NCBI RefSeq assembly: GCF_016432865.1
Contig: NC_067401.1
Coordinates: 11,098,001 to 11,161,886, forward strand
DNA length: 63,886 bases
Direction: 5' to 3'
Source: Antechinus flavipes
Lineage: Eukaryota
The notes under the pieces are model-generated. The model was not told the DNA's origin. It did no database searches and saw nothing but the letters and a program-made list of their open reading frames with translations. Both the position numbers and the translations under genes were made by a program. Shown here piece after piece: positions 42,701 through 63,886 of this stretch (within the stretch, counting starts at the first letter, position 1; every line of letters begins with the position of its first letter).

Positions 42701-45700
42701 CCCGTCCCCTGCCTCAGTTTCCCCATTTGCAGAAGCGACGGGTCTGGTTTGAATGGGCTCGTCCATCTCCAGCAGCCAAGTCTAGTCCCTGGGACCCTCC
42801 TCCCGGGCGCTGCCGCCCACACAAGGGGCTCTGCCCTGGAAGGGGGGACGCTGGCTCCCAAACATGATCTGTCGGACTCCCTCCTCGAGGGCACGGGCTG
42901 CCCTTTGTCTCCTGGCCCGGAGCAGGCGCCCACCGATGCTCAGGCCGGGCCTTGGGGAGCTCTGGCCCCCGCCCCTGCCGGGCGGCCCCCTCCCCACCCA
43001 GAGCCCCCCGAGCGCTGCGAGGGGCAGGGACAGGGAAGGGCAGTAACCTCCTCTCTCCCTTCCGGTGTCAGTGTTTCTGGGGACCACCGGCCGGCTGAGA
43101 CTCGGGGACAGAGACGGCTGCTCCGGCTAAAGGTCAGTCCCGCTGGGCCCTGCCCCCAGCCCCAGAGCTCAGTCAGTCCCGGGCGCCCGCCTCCCCGCGG
43201 GAGGAGCCCAGCAGCCTCTGGGAATCAGTGAATTCTGAGTGGGAAGGAATCTGGTCCGGGGCCAGAGCCAGAACAGGAAGGGAAGTAGGAAGCAGAGCCT
43301 GCTGTCTGGGCTCGGGCTCTGAGACGACATGGCCGGGATATCGGTGTGGGGACTGAGCGTGTCCGTGGCGGCCCTCGGCAAGAAAAGGAGGAAGCATGGT
43401 GGGCTTCTGGGAGGGGGCGGCCCGGCAGGACTGGGAGCCGGGCCGGGGGCCGAGAGGAGACGGGCTGGGGGGGGGGCTGGGGGGAAGGGGCGCAGAGAAG
43501 CCAGAGGGCAGCGCCGAGGCAGGGCCGAGCGGGCAGAGGCCCGGGGGTGCAGGCTTTGAAGGTGGGACAGCGAGTGGGGAAGTTCCAAGGGGCCGCTTTG
43601 GGAGCGAAAAGGTTCTGTTTCAGGGAGCGGGGGGGCACTTTGTGTGTGGGGGGCACTTTGTGGGGAGAGGAAGCCAGAAGGGGCTGGAAAAAGGGTCTTC
43701 CAGAGCTCAGGAGCCTCCCCAGAGGCATCTCCCGGGCAAAAGGAGGCAAGATGGGGCTTCCTGACGGGGAGGGGGAAAGGTCGCTGGGAGGATTTAGGCG
43801 AGGAGGGGTCTCCTGGCTGAGCAGCCCTCGTCCCTCCCGCAGCGGCTGCTGACCCCAAGTGGGGTGCGGAGTGGATAGAGCTGCCGCGAGCCCTGGGGCT
43901 GTCCCCTCGGCACCCTGCCAAGCCCCTGCTCAGGTGGAGCCGCCCCTCCTACCCGCCGTCTGTGGACAGCCAGGACTCATCCGAGGTGCCGGGCTCCTTC
44001 TGTTTGGGGGCTGCGGTGGGGGGGACCATTCCTTCCTGGGGAGTGAGGGTCCTAGGGCCGGGATCTCCTTCCTTTTCATCCTTCCTTCCCCCCAACCTTT
44101 GCCCCCCCCCAAACACAGGGGTACCTTTCTTGGCAAATGCCTTCTGCCAGACCCCACACCCCCGCTGCTGGCGTGCCAGCCCCACCAGGGCTGACGTCAG
44201 CGCATCCCTGATGGTATCCGGGGAGACTGTTCCATGGTGATCCGTTGCCATGGAGACGTACACCTTGTCTCAGGCAGGCAGCAGCTCCCAGCCCTGGGAG
44301 GGAACATGAATGGGGTTAGTGGCAGGGCTGGAGCCCAGAGGATCCTCCGCCCCCACCCCTCCCCAAAGGCCGGGTCGCCGTCGGAGGCCGTCCGGGGGCC
44401 GGGCACGAGAGCCCCCTTAGTGGGAAGTGGAGGGAGGGGGGTGAGCTCGGGGCCGTGTACTGGGACCCCCGCTCGCGCCCCTGCCCCCGGGCTTCTGGCC
44501 ACCTTCCTGAGGCAGAAAATGCTCGTTGTTACTGCTGTTCCTGTTATTGCCTCCTCCCGCCCACCCTCCCATCTTCCTCGTCTGGGTGACTTCTCACGCT
44601 GCCGTGACCGCTGCTGGCGACGGGGCCGCTGGGGGCGCCCGGCTGGGGGAGGGGAGCCAGCTGACCCCCACCGCGTCATCTCCCCTCCCCTCAGGTGAAT
44701 GTTGAAGACACTGTCGAAATGCTTCCCAAGTCCCGGAGAGCCCTCACCATTCAGGAGATCGCTGCCCTGGCCCGCTCTTCCCTGCACGGTATGGGCCCCC
44801 CCGGCTCGCCAGGGTCGGCATCGTGGGGCACGAGAACCCCCGACGTGGAGCTCGGAACCTCAGAGCTACAAGGTGGCTCACGGGCCATGACGCTCGTGCC
44901 CTCCCAGGGGTACCTAGGGACTCCTGCAGAGTGGCCATGCCCACAGCCCGAGTGCCCGCAGCCCTAGTGCCCGCAGCCCGAGTGCCCGCGGCCCGAGTGC
45001 CCACAGCCCGAGTGCCCGCAGCCCGAGTGCCCATGGCCCGAGTGCCCGCAGCCCGAGTGCCCGCGGCCCGAGTGCCCACCGCCCGAGTGCCCGCAGCCCG
45101 AGTGCCCATGGCCCGAGTGCCCGCAGCCCGAGTGCCCGCAGCCCGAGTGCCCACAGCCCGAGTGCCCGCAGCCCGAGTGCCCGCGGCCCTAGTGCCCACA
45201 GCTTGGTGCCCACAGCTTGGGTGCCCGGCTCTTCCTCCATCCTTTCTCCCCTCCAGAGGACAGCTCTGACTCCTGATTAGGGATCCATTGCTCCCCCATG
45301 CCTGGGGACAGGGTCCCGTGGGCTGCCCATCGCGGGGCTGTTTGGAGAGCAGCTTCGTTGGGGGGAGAGGCTGTGGAAACCCTTCCCTGCCCCACCCCGC
45401 TGCTTCCCAGCCCCCCTCCCCCCTCCTTTGGAGCCCCTCCACATAAACAGGCAGCCATATGTGCGTGGATGGGCGCCCGCCCACTGCCTCCTGGTGCGCC
45501 GGGGAAGTGCCGGATCCGGGCTGGATCCCCAGCTCTTCTGTGTCCTACTGTGTGACCTTGAACAAGTGATGGGGGGAGCGGGGCCGCTGGGAGACAGCCA
45601 GGCCGGGCTCTCCATCCGGCCAAGGAGCCCGTGGTGGGGCGGGGTCTGGGCTGAGGCTGGTTCCACTGTCGGAGCCTCAGGGCCCCCCCCTCCCCCATAG

Positions 45701-48277
45701 GAGGGTTGCCCCCCCCCGGCCCTCGGGAGCGTTCTCGGCCCGGCCCCTCCTCAAGGCCCCTCCTTCGCCCGCAGGAATTTCCCAGGTGGTGAAGGACCAC
45801 GTGACCAAGCCGACGGCCATGGCCCAGGGCCGGGTTGCCCACCTCATCGAGTGGAAGGGCTGGAGCAAGCCGAGGGACTCGCCTTCTGCCCTGGAGTCCG
45901 CCTTCTCCTCCTACTCGGACCTCAGCGAGGGGGAACAGGAAGCTCGGTTTGCGGCAGGCGAGTCCGGGGCAGAGAGGGGGCCTGGCGGGGGGAGGGGCCC
46001 TTCCTCCTCGTGTCCCCACGAGCCATGACGCTTCTCCCCCTGCCCCCGAACCCAGGGGTGGCCGAGCAGTTTGCCATCGCGGAAGCCAAGCTTCGGGCCT
46101 GGTCCTCCGTGGATGGGGAGGACTCCACAGATGAATCCTACGATGAGGACTTCGGGGCCGGGGCCGACAGCCCCCAACCTACAGGTGAGCCAAAAAAGAG
46201 CCCCTCCCCCTTGGGACGGTGAGGAGACAACGGCCTTTGGAGTCAGAAGGCCCGGGTTCAAATTCTCCTTTGTCACCTGTACGGCCTCCCGGGGCCTTAG
46301 GGTACCTGTTTGTGAAAGAAGGGATGAGACTACGTGACTTCCCTGGGCCTCAGGTTACCCATTTGTAAAGGGAAGGGATTGGACGCTGAACTCTGTGGAG
46401 TCTTTAAGCTCCAGAAGTCACTTTCTAAGTCACTTCCTTTCTAACCTCCCTGGGCCTCAGTTTTGTAAAGGGAACCAATTGGACTAGCTGACCTCCCTGG
46501 GCCTCAGTTTACCCATCTGTAAGGGGAAGGGATTGGACTAGCTGACCTCCCTGGGCCTCAGTTTACCCATCTGTAAGGGGAAGGGATTGGACTAGCTGAC
46601 CTCCCTGGGCCTCAGTTTACCCATCTGTAAGGGGAAGGGGCTAGACTAGCTGACCTCCCTGGGCCTCAGTTTACCCATCTGTAAGGGGAAGGGGCTAGAC
46701 TAACTGACCTCCCTGGGCCTCAGTTTACCCATCTGTAAGGGGAAGGGATTGGACTAGCCGACCTGTGGGGTGTCCTTCAGCTCCAGGAGTCATCCCCGAG
46801 TCACTTCCCTCCCAACCCCGGGGTCCTCAGGAAGCTGAGGCGGGGAGGGGGGCAGTCAGACTGGACGGCCTCCGAGGTCCTTTCCCCCCTAGCTAGCTCT
46901 GTTGTCTCTGGGATCCTTGCTCCCCTTCTCTGCACGGGCCCGGCAGGAGCCGCTGAAGCATCTTCTTCCTTGTGCTCCCGGGCTGCTCCTCCACACAATG
47001 GAGGATCCTCTTAGGGAGGACTGATCAGCTCCAGAAAGGATAAAGGGGTTCCAGTGAAGGAGCTTGGGGGGAGGGCGTCCTCTTTGTCTGGGAGAATGAA
47101 GCGGGGGATTGCAACGAGGCAGATCAGTTTGAATGCCTGTGAAGGATTAGAACTCGGGCCCTGGAGGTCTCTGGATGATTTTGGGGGGAGGCTCTGGGGG
47201 CCTCCCCGCGAGGGCTGCACTGTTCTCGGGCGAGCCCTTCCCCCTGATTCTGGGGGGCCTGGAGCAGACCCTCTGACCCGTGCCGGGCAGCGTGCCCTCC
47301 GGCTCGGAGGCTGGCACTCGCGGGGCAGCCACTGATCCAATGGGCCGGAGGGCATTTCCTGGCCAGACGAAGCTGGGAGGACGGCTCAGTTTCCCTCTCT
47401 GTGGGGTGAGGCATTGGATCTGACGGCCTCCCCCGGCCCAGGACTGATCAGTTGTGCGGGCCCCCCATGCCCAGGCCCCTCCCTCAGAGGCTCCGTTCCC
47501 CCGCCTGCAAACCCTGGGAGTCGGGGCAGAGCGTGCGTCCCTGGCTCCAGCTGGGCCCGGGGATAGGCCGCGTTGGGGGTGGGGGCCCAAGCAGACGGGA
47601 AGAGCCCCCCGCGGAGCGTGGCCCCCGTTCTGTCCCCTCGTGGGCAGCCGGGAGCTCTTGGGACCGAGGCCGCGCGTCCCCTTTGCTCCTTTGTTCTGCC
47701 GGCGGCGCCCCCAGCTCTCAGCCGCGTCCCGGCGTGTGGGGGTGGGGCTTTCCCGGCCCCCCAATGCGGGGCGATGGCAGGGCTGACCTTTCTCCTCTGG
47801 CCCCCAGACATAGCCGGGCAGCTGGGGCCGCATCTCCAGGACCTCCTCTCCGGGCGACGCTACTCGCGACCCTTGCGCCAGGGCTCCTGTGACCCCGAGA
47901 GCGACTCCTCGCAGACGGTGTCCCCGGAGACGCTGTGCTCCAGCCTGTGCAGCCTGGAGGACGGGCTCCTGGGCTCCCCGGCCCATCTGGCCACCAAGCT
48001 GCTAACCGAAGAGCTTCTCCTCTCCAAACTGCCCCCGAGCAGGGAAAGTGCCTTCCAGAGCCTGGGCCCCCTGGAGCGCCGGGACTCGCTCTATTCCGTG
48101 TCCTACACGGAGTCCTGCCTGTCGCCCGCCGAGGACGAGCCCCCGGCCTGCAAGGACTGCCCGCCGCTGGGCGCCCCCCCCGGGGGCAGTTGGGAGTTGC
48201 GGCGGAAAGTGTCTGACGTGGCGTCCTCGGGGGTGGTGTCCCTGGAGGAGAACGAGGCCGAGCCGGAGGAGCAGTGA
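41763..48277 (+). CDS. FAM131A: Protein FAM131A, 6 coding exons, 349 aa
   Basis: join(41763-41793,43843-43985,44695-44788,45775-45957,46056-46184,47808-48277) = 1050 nt with consistent phases. [26 protein letters not shown]...[61 protein letters not shown]...[13 protein letters not shown]. Intron 45958-46055 is GC-AG. Exons 1-2 are less certain than exons 3-6. Confidence 0.92.
44946..45228 (+). repeat. 15-bp minisatellite (GCCCGAGTGCCCGCA), about 18 units
   Basis: Exact 15-nt period at 44946, 44961, 44976, 44991 and onward, in FAM131A intron 3. Confidence 0.95.
46441..46760 (+). repeat. 54-bp minisatellite derived from a MIR/CORE-SINE segment (5 full units plus 1 partial; a further copy at about 46336)
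   Basis: CTGACC unit starts at 46488, 46542, 46596, 46650 and 46704; a variant ccgacc at 46758 marks the array end. The unit contains ctgggcctcagttt.cccatctgtaa, the CORE motif. Confidence 0.92.
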
Positions 48278-49771
48278 GCGCCGCGCCGACGCACGCTTTC
48301 CTTGGCCCTGGCCGGGGGCCCAGCTCGGGCCACCTCGGCGGGGGGGCTTTCGGGGGGAGCGCCAGCGCCCAGAGGGCCCCCAGGCGGTTCCTGCCCCTCC
48401 GTTGTCTGTTTTGCATGAAAGTGTTTGGAGAGGAGGCGGGGGCCGGGGGCCGGGGGCCAGGGACGCATGCTCTGCCCCGACTCCCAGGGTTTGCCGGGGG
48501 CTGCCCGGGACCCCTTGAGGCATCGCTGCAGCTGTGGCAGACCGTAATGTCCATGTTCTCACACAAGACGAAACAAAACGTCCTCACACGTACCTCCTCG
48601 TCCGCTCTTCCCCCAGAGGTGGCCCCCCCAAGGGGGGCCCTTCTCCCCACTGGGACTCTCCACAGGAGAAAGAGGAGGCTCTCGTCTCTCTCCCTCCCCG
48701 CACCCCCTGCCTCCCTCCCCTCCTTGTCTCCTGTCTCTCCTGCCCGCTCCGAATGTGCTTGAGTGAGTGACCGCCCCCGCCCGGCTGGGCCGGCCCCCTC
48801 CTCCCCTCCTGGGAGGGCTCCCCGCCCGGCTGGGTCTGTGTTGTGCCATGCTCTGTGCTTGGAGGCTGTGCTGCTTCTCACCGTCGCTCAATCTTCCCCC
48901 CAGAGAAATGGGGTTTCTGGTCTATCCTTCGGTCCTGGTCCTACCTTGGAGTGGAGAGCATGGGAATTGAGAAAAAGGAGCCCTGAGCCTTCCCTGTCTG
49001 GCCCTTCCCTCCTCTCAGTCATAGTGACAGCCCGGGGTGGGGGGAGCCCCCAGAACCCGGAGCCGGATTTTGCCTCTGAAGATCACTTCCTGTTTGACCC
49101 TGGCCAACTCACTTCACCTCGGCCTCAGTTTCCTCCCCTGCAGAATGGGGGGAGAGTTTAGACTAAATAGATGTTATGGTCCCCCCCCCCCCCCACTCCA
49201 GTTCTAACTTTGGATTTCATGATTTATTTTCTGCTTATTTTCCTTTTCTCTGACTGTCCCCTCCCTCCACTGTCCTTCCTCTCTCCATCCAGTTTCGTAT
49301 CTTTGTTAGGCCCCGGCCCCTCTTCTCCTCCTTTTTCCTTTCCCCTGTGTTTGGGTGCCCCCTGGGCTGGGGGAGCGGGCCCTGCGTGCCTCCTCTCCCT
49401 CCCGCCTTTTATCACTGAGCATTCCCGGCACGCGGAACTGGGGGAAAGGTGTGTGTGTGGCTGTGTGCAGGAGAGAATTCTGGGCCAGGCAGCTTCAGAA
49501 GGGGCCAAGGAGGGCGGGGGCTGCAAGGAGCGAAATCCCGTGTCCGAGGGCTAGAGCTGGACCAAGAGCGCCGGGACTCCTGGAGGAAGGTGGTACCAGG
49601 AAGCGTGGCCCTGGAGCCGGTGGCTGGGCCGGGGCCTCGCTGGTGGGCGGCCAAGGACAGAAGCCCGAGATCTCCTTGAGACGTTGGCAGGCCAGGCCCC
49701 GGAGGCAGGGCAGTGTGGCCAGGGTCAGGGCATGGGGACAGACATTCCAGGCTTACGTGGCTCATTAGGGG

Positions 49772-49807
49772 TTTATTTTGTTCTATTTAAGAATCTGTTT
49801 TATTAAA
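49772..49807. terminator. Convergent poly(A) region: FAM131A ATTAAA (+, 49802-49807) overlapping CLCN2 AATAAA (-, 49799-49804); second CLCN2 AATAAA at 49772-49777
   Basis: AT-rich patch gtttattttg...gttTTTATTAAAttaatataaaa between two GC-rich convergent 3' UTRs. Confidence 0.7.
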
Positions 49808-50108
49808 TTAATATAAAAATCTTTGTAAATCTCTATGTACATCTGGTCCCTGGAGATTCCAGGAGGGGAGTCCCCCCTTCCGGTCCTGTGCTACCGGAGA
49901 GGGGCAGCAGCTGGGCAGCCCTGGTCCCTCCTCTGCCCCCGGAAGTCCGGCAGCCGCCCGCTCATTAGCCAGATACCCAGGGCGCAGCTGGCAGCCCCAG
50001 TCCGGAGGGGAGGGCTGGTGCCTGCTTGGTTCCACGGGCCTCCTGGAAGAGGCTGGTGCCGCCCCGTGGCAGGCTCCCGTCCCAGGGGATGCAGGCGTCG
50101 CGCCGCCC

Positions 50109-63205
<13,097 letters not shown>

Positions 63206-63886
63206 NNNNNNNNNNNNNNNNNNNNNNNNNNNNNNNNNNNNNNNNNNNNNNNNNNNNNNNNNNNNNNNNNNNNNNNNNNNNNNNNNNNNNNNNNNNNNNN
63301 NNNNNNNNNNNNNNNNNNNNNNNNNNNNNNNNNNNNNNNAACACTTTAAGTTTTACAAAGTACTTCACAAATATTCAATCATTTGATCCTCCTAAGAACC
63401 CTAGAAGTCATATCATCACCCCCATTTTATAGATAAAGGAAACTGAGAAACAGAAAATTTCGCTGACTGGACCAGGGTCACGCAGATGCCAGATGTCTAG
63501 GACAGGATTTGAACCCCTAACCCTGAGTCTTTTGCTTTATCTCTGTACCACCTAGCTACCCCATCATGGCAGGATCCCACAGAACGGCCTCTGGCACCGA
63601 CCGCCCTTCCCAAGCTGCCTCTTTCCTGCCTTTCTGGTCTTGGACTTTATCTCCCTGCACACCCTCTAGGATCCAGAGTGGCCTCCTACCTGCTTCTAGC
63701 CTATGACATTCCAGCTCTCACCTCCGAGCCTTTGCCTTGGCTGTCCCCCACGCCTGAAGCACTGTCCCTCCTCACTTCCGGGCCCCCCTTTCTGTAGGAG
63801 GCTTTTTGTTTAGCTGCCAATGACATCTTTCAGCCTGTTTTGCGTCTGCTCTTGAGACTTGAGAAGAGCTAATATTTATCTAATAC

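Noticed and set aside
41630-42766. 378-aa minus-strand ORF
   Set aside because: Lies in the FAM131A CpG island; Pro/Arg/Gly/Ala-rich, typical of stop-poor GC DNA.
47718-48881. 387-aa minus-strand ORF
   Set aside because: Antisense to the FAM131A last exon and UTR; no domain evidence.

Overview
Vertebrate genomic DNA, very probably marsupial. The repeats resemble Mar1 and WSINE1 CORE-SINEs, RTE LINEs and marsupial-type L1 3' ends; family names are from my recollection of consensus sequences, not a database search. The window holds the conserved synteny block ECE2 (last exon only, +), PSMD2 (complete, 21 exons, 913 aa, +), EIF4G1 (32 coding exons including a 21-nt microexon, +, hosting SNORD66), FAM131A (6 coding exons, 349 aa, +) and CLCN2 (last 12 exons, -). 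I placed exon boundaries by hand from splice dinucleotides and phase, and all phases are consistent except for one 1-nt frameshift in an EIF4G1 exon, probably an assembly error. I found no convincing new protein-coding system; the long ORFs in the track that do not overlap these exons are by-products of high GC, simple repeats or N gaps. The best candidate for something undescribed is a ~100-nt hairpin-forming element present twice in PSMD2 introns 1 and 3. Other notable items are an overlapping bidirectional poly(A) signal shared by FAM131A and CLCN2, a GC-AG intron in FAM131A, uORFs and an RBFOX/SRRM4-type microexon module in EIF4G1, a three-layer retrotransposon nest with intact target-site duplications, and several minisatellites, some built from TE fragments. 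There are two assembly gaps (61210-62195, 63206-63340).
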